Assembly (NCBI GenBank): GCA_963758495.1
Contig: CAVWVI010000003.1
Coordinates: forward strand, 1,184,001 to 1,248,000
DNA: 64,000 nucleotides
Reading direction: 5' to 3'
From: Oligoflexia bacterium
Lineage (GTDB): Bacteria; Bdellovibrionota; UBA1018
Part shown: in pieces, positions 1 to 9,699 of the stretch
Numbering within the stretch: position 1 is the first letter of the stretch
How the letters are laid out: each line of letters starts with the position of its first letter
Program-made: the position numbers and the translations under genes
The notes under the pieces: model-generated
Databases searched by the model: none
Told to the model about the DNA's origin: nothing
Seen by the model: only the letters and a program-made list of their open reading frames with translations

Positions 1-1014
1 CCTCTGACTCGGTTGGCATTTTTTGCCTATTCTGCCGCTGAGCCGGGTTCATCCAGCTCCTCAACTATTGAAATTCACAAAGGACAAAACCCTTCTGACA
101 TTATTAAACGCCTGGCCTCAAATAAAATAATAACCGATGCAAAAAACTTTATGTGGCTGGGTCGACTCACTCGTAATTGGAAAAGGATTAAAGCGGGGGA
201 GTATCAAGTTTCACCCTCTATGTCTCCTCTTGAGATTTTTTCTATTTTAACCTCAGGCATTAGCATTGCTCACCCCGTAACTGTTCGGGAAGGTGAAAAT
301 ACTTTCGAAGTGACTGACGACCTCACCGAGAAAGGATTAATTCATTACGATCGCTTTACTGCACTATGCCAAAATCCAGAATTTATTTCCTCAATGGGAT
401 TATTTAAAGAAAATCTGCCAAAAACCCTGGAAGGCTATTTTTTCCCTGACACTTACTTTTTCAATCGTTCCATGAATGAAACCGAAATAGCTAAACAAAT
501 GGTGAAACATTTTTTTGCCTTTTGGGGGGAAAAAGAAGAAGCCCGAGCCAAGGAGCTCCAAATGTCTCGAAATGAAATTATCACCCTTGCTTCGATCATC
601 GAAAAGGAAACAGGTGCCGCAGAAGAACGTGCTCTGATTAGCTCTGTATTCCACAATCGCCTGCAAAAAAAGATGAAGCTCCAAAGCGATCCAACGACAA
701 TTTATGGAATGTGGAAGAGATTCAAAGGAAAGATTCATAAAAGTGATTTAAGCGAAAACAATCCATACAATACGTACTCAATTGAGGGTTTACCTATAGG
801 TCCAATTTCAAACCCAGGAAAAGAGGCTATTCATGCTGCACTTTACCCCGCAGAAAGCCCCTATTTCTTTTTCGTATCTCATAATGACGGAACTCATCAA
901 TTCTCACGAACTTTTGCTGAACATACACGCGCAGTTCGAAAGTTTCAAATTGACCCAAAAGCAAGACAAGGTAAAAGTTGGCGAGACCATTTAAGAAAGA
1001 CCGCGTCAGATTAA
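1..1014 (+). CDS. mltG: Endolytic transglycosylase MltG (5' end probably outside window)
   Basis: LEGYFFPDTY, LASIIEKE, LQSDPT, NPYNTY..GLP.GPISNPG motifs; frame is open from base 1. Confidence 0.93.
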   Translation, partial: PLTRLAFFAYSAAEPGSSSSSTIEIHKGQNPSDIIKRLASNKIITDAKNFMWLGRLTRNWKRIKAGEYQVSPSMSPLEIFSILTSGISIAHPVTVREGENTFEVTDDLTEKGLIHYDRFTALCQNPEFISSMGLFKENLPKTLEGYFFPDTYFFNRSMNETEIAKQMVKHFFAFWGEKEEARAKELQMSRNEIITLASIIEKETGAAEERALISSVFHNRLQKKMKLQSDPTTIYGMWKRFKGKIHKSDLSENNPYNTYSIEGLPIGPISNPGKEAIHAALYPAESPYFFFVSHNDGTHQFSRTFAEHTRAVRKFQIDPKARQGKSWRDHLRKTASD

Positions 1015-1018
1015 GCTA

Positions 1019-2281
1019 TCAGATTGTAGCTTCCTCTCTCATGACTAATCCAATCATCGCCAGATGAGCCATAAGAAGTAACGATGCCGATTCAAAATGA
1101 GCGCCCCATTGATGCCCCACAAAATCAAATCCGGTAAGATTAATCACTGTAAAAAGAACTAAAATACCTAGCAATAGAGAGATCCTCTTCTTCTCCAATG
1201 CTTGATGAATGACCCAAATAGCGAGCGGCATGCTCATAACAAAATACGGCTTCCAAACTAAATGTGAAGGCACAATTAAAAGTCCAATCAAGACTGCAAT
1301 CCATTTAAAGGGGGAATACAAAGAACCTGAGACGATCCATCCTAAGATCACTCCAAAAGTCCCCATCGTCCAAAATAAGGAAAGTAGTCTAATTTTTTCA
1401 GAAGAAAGCCACTTCCAGCCTAAAAGCACAGGCGGTGCACCTTCCGCAATCACATGAGTAGGAATCCCACTGAGGTACCTATGTAAGAGAGCTATAAAAC
1501 TCTGATTATGAGATTCCAAAGGCAAGCCTCGAGCCAAGACGGCGTCACGCCAATCTAATAGCAAATGAAAGGTACCAGACCATCCTTGAGTGATTACTGG
1601 AACCAGTAAAGTAAATAGAACTCCTACAATAATTGCGCATCGCTCTACCTTTATTTTTCGACTGGATATTCCTGACTTTACACACCAAGGAACGAGTAAA
1701 AGCGGAAGTGGAAAAAGTTTAGCAATAGCTGCAAACGTGAGTAACAACCAACGAGGAAAATCTACTAAAGAGGGTTCTTTTTCAAAATGCCCCAAAAGCC
1801 CCCAAACACAAGCACCTAAAATAAAAAGATTAACCTGACCGTATTCTAAATCAATAAGAAGAGGCCGAGCAATGAGAACCACTCCCCAAGCACTGAGTCC
1901 AACTCCGAGCGAAGACTGTCCAATTTTACCATTTTTACTCATTTGACAAGACGCACTTAACTTCTGAATCAAAAACCCTATTAAGAATGCTTTGGCTAAA
2001 CACCAAGTTGCCAATGCCGCACTTTTTGAAAGAAGCCCCCAAGGTGAGAGAATCCAAGCAAAACCAGGTGCATATAAAAACCGATCTGGGCTCACTTGAT
2101 AAATATCGGCACCGCGTCCTGTATTGACTAACCTCCAAGCCTCATAAAAAACCGCAAAATCATTACCACCACGAGTCAAAGCACGAAAGGTGCCCACCGA
2201 AACTAATAAAACCACGGCCAATATTCCTAAAATAGATACTATTTTAGACCTAGAGCCCAAAATCATGGAACCGGGGGTCAT
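1019..2281 (-). CDS. Multi-pass membrane glycosyltransferase, GT87/DUF2029-like
   Basis: NDFAVFY, FLYAPGFA, GQVN, AKLFP and HNQS motifs; many hydrophobic segments. Confidence 0.75.
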   Translation of the reverse strand: MTPGSMILGSRSKIVSILGILAVVLLVSVGTFRALTRGGNDFAVFYEAWRLVNTGRGADIYQVSPDRFLYAPGFAWILSPWGLLSKSAALATWCLAKAFLIGFLIQKLSASCQMSKNGKIGQSSLGVGLSAWGVVLIARPLLIDLEYGQVNLFILGACVWGLLGHFEKEPSLVDFPRWLLLTFAAIAKLFPLPLLLVPWCVKSGISSRKIKVERCAIIVGVLFTLLVPVITQGWSGTFHLLLDWRDAVLARGLPLESHNQSFIALLHRYLSGIPTHVIAEGAPPVLLGWKWLSSEKIRLLSLFWTMGTFGVILGWIVSGSLYSPFKWIAVLIGLLIVPSHLVWKPYFVMSMPLAIWVIHQALEKKRISLLLGILVLFTVINLTGFDFVGHQWGAHFESASLLLMAHLAMIGLVMREEATI

Positions 2282-2841
2282 GAAATACTCGCTCGGTCGT
2301 AGCTAGTCCACCTAGGGCCGGGCGTTAAAAATGAAAATAAGGGACTTTGGTATTCCTCTTCTAACATCAACAGTCGGCGCTTTAATTGAATTTCCGGCCG
2401 CGAAGGGTCTATAGCTCCCATAAACCCCCCCATGGATGTTAAAGCAAGAATACGATGACAAGGAATTAATATAGGCAATGGATTTTTTCTAAGCGCCTGT
2501 CCTACTGCACGAGATGCAGATAAGTTACCAATCCGTGCAGATACCCATCCATAAGTGCGTGTTTCACCATGAGGTATAGCGGAGATCGTGCGATAGACCT
2601 TGTGCTGAAACTCAGTCCAATCGGATTGATCCAAATGATCCCAATCAATGGAACCTAACGGTTCGCCTTGATAAAAATATCCGCGGATCCTATCAATCAG
2701 ATCGACCAAATTATGGGGGACTTTTACACGTTGACCAATAGTCAACCGCCCCTCCGACCATCCAATTCTACTTAAGAGCCCTTGGGAGTTCCAGCTCACC
2801 AAAATCGTGCCGAAACTTACGGGAAAATAAAAATGATTCAA
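2278..2841 (-). CDS. ogt: Methylated-DNA-protein cysteine methyltransferase
   Basis: IPHGETRTYG, RAVGQAL..NP and active-site PCHR. Confidence 0.9.
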   Translation of the reverse strand: MNHFYFPVSFGTILVSWNSQGLLSRIGWSEGRLTIGQRVKVPHNLVDLIDRIRGYFYQGEPLGSIDWDHLDQSDWTEFQHKVYRTISAIPHGETRTYGWVSARIGNLSASRAVGQALRKNPLPILIPCHRILALTSMGGFMGAIDPSRPEIQLKRRLLMLEEEYQSPLFSFLTPGPRWTSYDRASIS

Positions 2842-2924
2842 ATTGAGTTATCCTCGTTGTTTTTTTGGCTTACAGAAGTTTGGCATTCGTTGCGTGGAAT
2901 TTCAATCCGATTGTGCTAATTTAA

Positions 2925-3932
2925 ATGACACCCATGCAAACATTACCCTTTCAAATTGGTTTACACTTAGATGGATGGCTTCCTGGCGCGGGAGTCATGA
3001 TTGCTACTCTTTTAGTAGCAGCAATTACTCGAATAGTGCTGGAAAGGCTATCTAAAGTTCAACACTGGAACAGTTTGCATCAACTTGCCCCAAGCATATT
3101 CAATACTATCTGCGTTATAGGATTAAAAATTTTTATTGATTTGGCACCCTTTGAAGGAAAAACTGCCATTTGGCTGGATGGAGCAGTCTATGTATTAAGC
3201 ATTTTTATTTACCTAGCCCTACTACTCAAAGCTTCCCTTATCGGATTGGAATGGAGTCTTTATAAAGCCAATAATTCCGAGACTCTCCGACGCGGATTTA
3301 TTCCGATGATTCGTAATTTGATCACACTTTTCATCATTACTTCGGGTGGGATCATGATTCTAAAATACTTTAACTACGACGTCATGTCCTTAATCACCGC
3401 ACTCGGAGTCGGTTCATTGGCTGTCGGCTTGGCAGCAAAGGATACTTTATCTCATATGATTTCGGGATTCATACTCATTATTGATCGAAATCTACGCCCA
3501 GGAGATCGGATCAACTTGAGTGGCATCATTGGAGATGTAGACGTAATTGGTCTCAGAAGTACTCAAATCCGTGTAGATGGAAATACTTTAATTGTCCCTA
3601 ACTCAGAGCTAGTGAATACAAAAATATTAAATTTGTCGACTCCTACCCGTGAAATTACCTGCTCTACTTCTATTCGTATTCCTTATAATATTTCATTCTT
3701 AAGAGTGAGAGATATTTGCTTTTCAATTTTAAGTGAAACGAAAGGACTTTCCCCAAGTAAAACACAATCCGTTAATCTCATTAGCTTATCAGAAGGCCAC
3801 CAGCTTATTCATATAGGATTCTGGGTGTTAGAATTGAGTGACGGCTCAGCAGCCGTCTCAGAATTTAATGAACTTCTGGCTTCTCGCCTTCAAAAAGAAA
3901 ACATTCCGCTTGTGGCCCCCTCCAAAAGTTAA
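2925..3932 (+). CDS. Small-conductance mechanosensitive channel (MscS family)
   Basis: ALGVGSLAVGLAAKDTLS, GD.I...G.V..IGLRST, VPNS motifs. Confidence 0.9.
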   Translation: MTPMQTLPFQIGLHLDGWLPGAGVMIATLLVAAITRIVLERLSKVQHWNSLHQLAPSIFNTICVIGLKIFIDLAPFEGKTAIWLDGAVYVLSIFIYLALLLKASLIGLEWSLYKANNSETLRRGFIPMIRNLITLFIITSGGIMILKYFNYDVMSLITALGVGSLAVGLAAKDTLSHMISGFILIIDRNLRPGDRINLSGIIGDVDVIGLRSTQIRVDGNTLIVPNSELVNTKILNLSTPTREITCSTSIRIPYNISFLRVRDICFSILSETKGLSPSKTQSVNLISLSEGHQLIHIGFWVLELSDGSAAVSEFNELLASRLQKENIPLVAPSKS

Positions 3933-4065
3933 GGGTTCTTGAAGCGTCTCATGCAGTGCGCTGATTTTTTTACAATAAAACTGCTTTATTTCCGCTTGTT
4001 TATCCTATTTAAGCAAGATAAAGTCCGAATTTCATAATTATTCATTAAGGCAGGAGAGTAGTTGA

Positions 4066-5739
4066 GTGTCTTCATATGTAGTACTTGCCAGAAAATGGCG
4101 CCCCGCACAGTTTTCGAATATCGTTGGACAAGCCTCTATTGTTCGCACGCTGACTAATGCGATTCGCTCGCAACGAATTCATCAAGCCTATCTTTTCACA
4201 GGATCTAGAGGGATCGGTAAAACATCAATCGCACGAATTCTCGCAAAAGTTATACGATGCGAAAAAACTCATGATGAGAACGAAATGATCCAATCCTGCG
4301 ATCTCTGCTCAAGCTGTAAGGAGATTACCTTAGGAAACAGTGTAGACGTTATTGAAATTGATGGCGCATCAAACAATGGCGTAGAAGCTGTTCGCGAAAT
4401 TCGAGAAAATGCTAAATACATGCCTTCCTCTGGCACTCGTAAAATCTACATCATCGATGAAGTCCACATGCTCACCACAGCAGCTTTCAATGCCCTTTTA
4501 AAAACACTGGAAGAGCCCCCTGCACATGTAATTTTTATTTTTGCAACCACTGAACCTCATAAAATCCCGGCAACTATTCTATCACGTTGCCAACGATTTG
4601 ATTATCGTAGAGTCACAGTGAATCAAATTCATACGCGTCTCAATGAAATCTCTCTAGCAGAGGGGATTAAGGCGGATACAGCCGCACTCGCTCTGATCTC
4701 TCGCGCTGCCGAAGGCAGTATGCGAGATGCGCTTTCATTGCTTGATCAAGTGATTGCATTTTCTGGCAATCAAATTTCTCTTCAATCAGTCCGTGAAAGT
4801 GTAGGCCTTATCGAAGGGCAAGCGCTTTTAGGAATTTTAGCGAATACTTTTAAACGCAAACCCCTCGATGCTTTGGCTATTGTCGAGCAAGCTTATCAAC
4901 ATGGACATGATTTACGAATTTTAACTCGAAGCTTGATTGAATTTCTCCATGGTATTTTATTGGCAAAGATTGGATCTTCCAATTCTGCTGCACTTGAGCT
5001 TTCTGAGGAAGAATGGAAAGAAGTGCAATCTATTGCAGAATTGCGAACACTGGAAGAAATCGAGCTCATTTTCCAGGTCCTTCATCAAGGCCTTGAATGG
5101 ATCGCACGCTCCCCTCAGCCCAAGATTATTTTAGATGTTTTACTCATTAAATGCGCTACTGCCGAAAGTTTAATTTATATAGATTCGTTACCCGGTAATT
5201 CTACGAAATCCCCCTCTACTCAGTCTACTACGCAAACCCATACTCAACCCCCCGTGACAGCTCAGACTCATTCGACTCCTACAGCACCCTCACCAATCAA
5301 TACGATGGTCAGCCAGGACAAAAGTTGGGAGGGGTTTATTGAGCACGTAAGAGTTTCTCGGCCTCTCTTAGCCTCCATGCTAGAACATTGCAGTGGCTTT
5401 CAATTACCTGATTTTCAAAACTCAACTAGTAGCAAAACTTTATCGATCTTTTTCTCATCTCAAGACGCCTACTTCCGAGAACAACTCCAAGCCCGAGTCT
5501 ATCAAGAACAACTGGTCCATCTTTCTAAAGAATATTTTGGAACACTCCTTCGACTACAGATTGAAATTAAAAACGCTGGAGAAAGCCTTGTGGCACGTAG
5601 AGGTCGAGAGCAAAAAGAACGTATCGAATCGATAAAAGAACAAGCGCAAAGACACCCTATTATTATTGAAGCTAAATCCCTCTTTGGTGGAGAACTCAGC
5701 CCAGTGAAAATCAGGGGAGCACATCATGCAAACATCTAG
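4066..5739 (+). CDS. dnaX: DNA polymerase III subunit gamma/tau
   Basis: LARKWRP, Walker A GSRGIGKTS, EIDGASN, IIDEVHML, LSRCQ; GTG start with AGGAG RBS. Confidence 0.96.
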   Translation: MSSYVVLARKWRPAQFSNIVGQASIVRTLTNAIRSQRIHQAYLFTGSRGIGKTSIARILAKVIRCEKTHDENEMIQSCDLCSSCKEITLGNSVDVIEIDGASNNGVEAVREIRENAKYMPSSGTRKIYIIDEVHMLTTAAFNALLKTLEEPPAHVIFIFATTEPHKIPATILSRCQRFDYRRVTVNQIHTRLNEISLAEGIKADTAALALISRAAEGSMRDALSLLDQVIAFSGNQISLQSVRESVGLIEGQALLGILANTFKRKPLDALAIVEQAYQHGHDLRILTRSLIEFLHGILLAKIGSSNSAALELSEEEWKEVQSIAELRTLEEIELIFQVLHQGLEWIARSPQPKIILDVLLIKCATAESLIYIDSLPGNSTKSPSTQSTTQTHTQPPVTAQTHSTPTAPSPINTMVSQDKSWEGFIEHVRVSRPLLASMLEHCSGFQLPDFQNSTSSKTLSIFFSSQDAYFREQLQARVYQEQLVHLSKEYFGTLLRLQIEIKNAGESLVARRGREQKERIESIKEQAQRHPIIIEAKSLFGGELSPVKIRGAHHANI

Positions 5740-6337
5740 ACATGATCCCATCTCTAAACTCATATTTGAGCTCTCTAAACTACCTGGAATTGGCGAAAGA
5801 ACTGCAACTCGGCTTTCATACTTTATTTTAAAACAGGATGCGAGTTATGCTGAATCTTTAGCAGAAGCAATATTAAATGCCAAACATAAGATCGGCCTAT
5901 GCCAACACTGTTTTACTTTCACCGATATGGATTCATGTAAAATTTGCGAAAACTCCGAAAGAGATCATGGATTAATTTGTATTGTTGAACGTCCGGCTGA
6001 CGTTTTTTCAATAGAGCAAGCCTGCATTTACAATGGCGTTTATCATGTACTTCATGGCACTCTTTCTCCACTAGAAGGAATTGGCCCAGAAGAACTTAAA
6101 ATTCAGGAATTTTTAATACGACTTAGCAACACTGCAAAACCTGTTCGGGAATTGATCCTAGCAACAAATCCTAGCGTAGAAGGTGAAGCTACTGCCTTAT
6201 ATCTCGCTCGACTTACAAAGCATCTGGGGGTGCGAATGACTAAGCTGGCTCATGGACTTCCGGTAGGCGGATTACTAGAATACACAGACAAACAAACTCT
6301 TGGTAAAGCTTTAGAAAATCGCATGGAGCTGAGCTAA
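5726..6337 (+). CDS. recR: Recombination mediator RecR
   Basis: LPGIGERTA HhH, C4 zinc finger, YHVLHG.LSPLEGIGP, ATNPSVEGEATA. Confidence 0.96.
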   Translation: MQTSRHDPISKLIFELSKLPGIGERTATRLSYFILKQDASYAESLAEAILNAKHKIGLCQHCFTFTDMDSCKICENSERDHGLICIVERPADVFSIEQACIYNGVYHVLHGTLSPLEGIGPEELKIQEFLIRLSNTAKPVRELILATNPSVEGEATALYLARLTKHLGVRMTKLAHGLPVGGLLEYTDKQTLGKALENRMELS

Positions 6338-6928
6338 GTGAGCTTCATCAACTACGCCTCAAAAGAAATCAATTGCAAGGTGATCTACTTCGGTCCGGGG
6401 CTGAGTGGAAAAACAACAAATGTCCAATACATTTACGAACATACTCAACAAGAAACTCGCGGAAAACTCGTAACATTAAGTACAGAAAACGAACGAACAC
6501 TATTTTTTGATTTTCTTCCACTCGCCATAGGTGATGTGCGAGGTTACAAAACTCGATTCCACTTATACAGCATACCAGGTCAGACATTTTATGAGGTCTC
6601 TCGTCAATTCATCCTCAAAGGGGTAGATGGAATTGTGTTTGTTGCCGACAGCCAAGCCGAAAGAATGGAGGCAAATATTGAAAGCTTTGAATCGCTCGAA
6701 AAAAGCCTGGAAAAGCAGGGTTACGACCTAAACAAACTTCCTCTTGTTCTTCAATATAATAAAAGAGACGTCCCGGGTATTGTCACAATTCGAGAACTGG
6801 AATCCACTTTTAATCCAATGCGTCGTCCATACTTCGAAGCTATTGCTAACCGAGGACAGGGCGTCATGGAAACTTTGCAGTCTATTAGTCAATTAATCAT
6901 TCGTGAACTCAAAGGGGGAGAAGCATGA
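6338..6928 (+). CDS. mglA: MglA-family small Ras-like GTPase
   Basis: SFINY..KEINCKVIYFGPGLSGKTTN, RTLFFDFLP, PGQ, LKGVDGIVFVADSQ, YNKRD. Confidence 0.93.
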   Translation: MSFINYASKEINCKVIYFGPGLSGKTTNVQYIYEHTQQETRGKLVTLSTENERTLFFDFLPLAIGDVRGYKTRFHLYSIPGQTFYEVSRQFILKGVDGIVFVADSQAERMEANIESFESLEKSLEKQGYDLNKLPLVLQYNKRDVPGIVTIRELESTFNPMRRPYFEAIANRGQGVMETLQSISQLIIRELKGGEA

Positions 6929-7335
6929 GGAAAGAAGCCGTTAAAAGATTTAAAAAGATTTTTGAAACTCAACGCAATCAAATCTTATTTAATGATCGAG
7001 TCGTTCGTGAAGACTTTAGTGTTTGTGCTGATGATCGATATGATGAAATCGATCAAGCTACTACCGACATAGAACAATCTATGCGCATGCGTCTCAGAAA
7101 TCGTGAAATCCTTTACATCAAGAAGATTGACGATGCATTACGACGAATTGAAGATGGCTCCTTTGGTGAATGTGAAGGCTGTGGAGAAGACATAGAGATT
7201 AGACGACTCGAAGCACGGCCCACCGCGACTCTCTGCGTATCATGCAAGGAAGATCAAGAGCGCAAAGAAGTCTTGACAGCCTCGGGCAGAGAGCACAAGA
7301 GCTTAGGTGCGTCATTTTCTCGCAAGCTTGCATAA
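6925..7335 (+). CDS. dksA: DksA/TraR C4 zinc-finger RNA polymerase-binding protein
   Basis: DEIDQA coiled-coil tip, CEGC...CVSC, RLEARP; ATGA overlap with mglA. Confidence 0.88.
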   Translation: MRKEAVKRFKKIFETQRNQILFNDRVVREDFSVCADDRYDEIDQATTDIEQSMRMRLRNREILYIKKIDDALRRIEDGSFGECEGCGEDIEIRRLEARPTATLCVSCKEDQERKEVLTASGREHKSLGASFSRKLA

Positions 7336-7355
7336 TCATTGAAGACCTTTTGACT

Positions 7356-7372
7356 CTGGCACGCCATTAGCA
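7356..7372 (+). promoter_or_regulatory. Putative sigma54 (-24/-12) promoter for second dksA paralogue
   Basis: CTGGCACGCCATTAGCA vs consensus YTGGCACG-N4-TTGCW; GG-N10-GC spacing exact; 36 nt upstream of ATG. Confidence 0.65.
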
Positions 7373-7407
7373 TTGCGTTCGCACGAGAGGTAAGGGGGGT
7401 AATCAAA

Positions 7408-7812
7408 ATGGAAACTGCACAATTATTAAAATTTAGAATGTTATTTGAGCAAGAACATCAAAACGTAGTGTTAAAAATAAATTTGTATAATGGAAATTTC
7501 CAAATTCAGAAGGAAGATCTTTTAGATTCATCAGATCTTATTTCACGGCAACTTGAAGCGTCCGTGCAAATGCACCTTAGAAATAGAGAGGTATTCTACC
7601 TAAATAAGGTAGAGCAGGCACTACGCAGAATTTCAAATGGTACTTTCGGATACTGTAGGGAATGCGGGAATGAAATTTCAATTAAGCGACTTGAAGCCCG
7701 CCCAACTGCAGTTTTTTGTATCGACTGCAAAGAAATTCAAGAGCACGAAGAACAACAACGGCTAGATGAAGATTATATTAGAAATTTTTCTACTGAATTG
7801 CGCTTAGCCTAA
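7408..7812 (+). CDS. DksA/TraR family paralogue
   Basis: DSSD tip, CREC...CIDC, RLEARPTA; AAGGGGG RBS. Confidence 0.85.
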   Translation: METAQLLKFRMLFEQEHQNVVLKINLYNGNFQIQKEDLLDSSDLISRQLEASVQMHLRNREVFYLNKVEQALRRISNGTFGYCRECGNEISIKRLEARPTAVFCIDCKEIQEHEEQQRLDEDYIRNFSTELRLA

Positions 7813-7817
7813 GATTA

Positions 7818-7940
7818 GGTCAGTTTTCATGGATGCTACCTGACCCACATGGAAGTGAAAACTTGGACTCAAGGATGGAATTGAAATCAATTGGACAGTA
7901 TAATTAAAAACAGGGGAAATCACGATGACTTCCCCTGTTC
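7818..7940 (+). ncRNA. Candidate CsrA/RsmA-binding GGA-hairpin RNA or 3' UTR element
   Basis: Seven GGA in ~90 nt, including C-AUGGAU-G inside a GGUCAG/CUGACC stem and CAC-AUGGAA-GUG. Confidence 0.35.
7909..7939 (-). terminator. Rho-independent terminator between convergent dksA paralogue and subtilase
   Basis: AACAGGGGAAATCA-CGA-TGACTTCCCCTGTT hairpin; T-run follows on minus strand. Confidence 0.75.
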
Positions 7941-7949
7941 CTAATTATT

Positions 7950-9455
7950 TCAATTTTTATAGTTAAGTGCTTGATTAATATTTATCCTGCCTCCAGTAAC
8001 GGTCTTATTGGCTAGCGCAGGTAAGGGATCCACAGTACTCATGAGGACATCTTTAACCTTCTTGTAACCCCATTTAGGATGCTTGGACCATAAAAGCGCC
8101 GCTGCACCCGCCACATGAGGACATGCCATGGAAGTCCCAGATAAACTTGCATATTTATCACCTGGCACAGTGCTATAGATATTCACACCTGGGGCACCTA
8201 CATGCGTCGTTTTCTTTCCGTAGCTAGAAAAATAGGCCATGTCATCATTCTCATCCGTCGCAGCGACCGAGATCAGATTATCATTATCAAAGGCAGCGGG
8301 ATAAGATGGATTTGGACCGTCATTATCAGTTCCGTCATTTCCTGCGGCAGCGATAAAAAGAACATCCTTCAATCGTGCTCGATCAATTGCATCTTTAAGA
8401 GCCTGATTATCTGGATCTCCTTGCCCACCCCAACTATTACTCAAGACCTTTGCGCCATGATCAATAGCATAATCAATTGCGCGAATAGCGTCTGCGGTAG
8501 TACCACTTCCTTCGCCCGATAGGAACTTTAAGGCCATTAGAGAAACTAATTGGCTTACTCCGGATATGCCAATTCCGTTGCCTCCCACAGCACCAATGGT
8601 TCCAGCAGTGTGAGTGCCATGTTCGTTATCATCAAACGGAAGACCATCATTATGAACAAAATCAAATCCAACAAGATCATTGGACTCCGTTGATGGACTT
8701 GGATTTCTCCAAACATTAAAGGCTAAATCTACGTGATTATAATCAATACCGGTATCAATATCTGCTACGATAAATTTCTTACTTCCTTTATGCACTGCCC
8801 AAGCATTTATTGCGCCGATTTTGCTTAATCCATAAGTCTTAGCTAAATCTGGATCAGCTACAGGCGGAATGACTTCATTTGGGGCAGGCTTTAAAGCAGG
8901 CCGTGTAGTAGCCACCGGTGGATTATTACCTGGGTCAGGGTTATTTCCCGGATCAGGATTATTACCTGGATCAGGATCATTTCCTGGATCGGAATTGTTT
9001 CCTGGATCTGAAATATTGCCTAAACTAGCACTATTCATACAACCCACAGGAAACCCTACCCCGGAAAACCAGCAACGAGCATCTTCGCCATGAGTGGTTC
9101 TACGAGCTGCAGTTCGGATCTGAATAGGTAGCGCATGCAAAATGTAATTAGGTTGCGCATATTCAACCATTTTATTCTTTTGTAGCTCTGAAATCGCATC
9201 TTCAACACTTTTATTATCATTCAAAATTAAGTGCTCAAAACCTGTCATTGCCCCGGAATAATGATGGACATTCTTTACGCCAACTACACTATAAAGCCGA
9301 TAAGTATTGACTCTAGATTGAAAAATATTATCTTTATATTTCACTAAAACTTCACCAGGCACAAACTCCGTCCCGCGCCTGACGTCTGCGTCTGCATTCA
9401 TAGCTACTGTCATAAGAGCTAAGATTGAAAATACGGCCTTCCTTGGTCTAACCAT
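7950..9455 (-). CDS. Secreted S8 subtilisin-like serine protease with N-terminal prodomain
   Basis: Catalytic DTG, HGTHTAG, SGTSMA; signal peptide after MVRPRK; start moved to 9455 (AGGGGAAG RBS). Confidence 0.92.
   Translation of the reverse strand: MVRPRKAVFSILALMTVAMNADADVRRGTEFVPGEVLVKYKDNIFQSRVNTYRLYSVVGVKNVHHYSGAMTGFEHLILNDNKSVEDAISELQKNKMVEYAQPNYILHALPIQIRTAARRTTHGEDARCWFSGVGFPVGCMNSASLGNISDPGNNSDPGNDPDPGNNPDPGNNPDPGNNPPVATTRPALKPAPNEVIPPVADPDLAKTYGLSKIGAINAWAVHKGSKKFIVADIDTGIDYNHVDLAFNVWRNPSPSTESNDLVGFDFVHNDGLPFDDNEHGTHTAGTIGAVGGNGIGISGVSQLVSLMALKFLSGEGSGTTADAIRAIDYAIDHGAKVLSNSWGGQGDPDNQALKDAIDRARLKDVLFIAAAGNDGTDNDGPNPSYPAAFDNDNLISVAATDENDDMAYFSSYGKKTTHVGAPGVNIYSTVPGDKYASLSGTSMACPHVAGAAALLWSKHPKWGYKKVKDVLMSTVDPLPALANKTVTGGRININQALNYKN
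8919..9008 (-). repeat. 5 x 18-bp coding tandem repeat (DPGNN[S/P]) in subtilase linker
   Basis: DPGNNS DPGNDP DPGNNP DPGNNP DPGNNP with synonymous variation. Confidence 0.9.
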
Positions 9456-9699
9456 TTTGGCACTTCCCCTTTGTTTGGTTTCACTGCTTATAATTAAAAA
9501 ATCCCCACTACGATACTGTAGTGTATTTAGCGAGCGACAATTTGCAAATTTGACGCGCATATTTATTTTTTCAGCCCTATATTGCTTTTTTGTATAATTA
9601 GACTAAACTTATGTTCAATCGATCATCAAAGTTAATCTAAGAACTCAATACAAAGCATCTACGTCAATTATACATTCACAAACGAGGAAGTGACTACTA

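Noticed and set aside
2880..2895. sigma54 promoter upstream of the MscS-family gene (TGGCATTCGTTGC)
   Set aside because: GG-to-GC spacing is 8 nt, not 10
3933..4065. SRP RNA or tRNA upstream of dnaX
   Set aside because: AT-rich sequence with no SRP helix-8 motif and no cloverleaf
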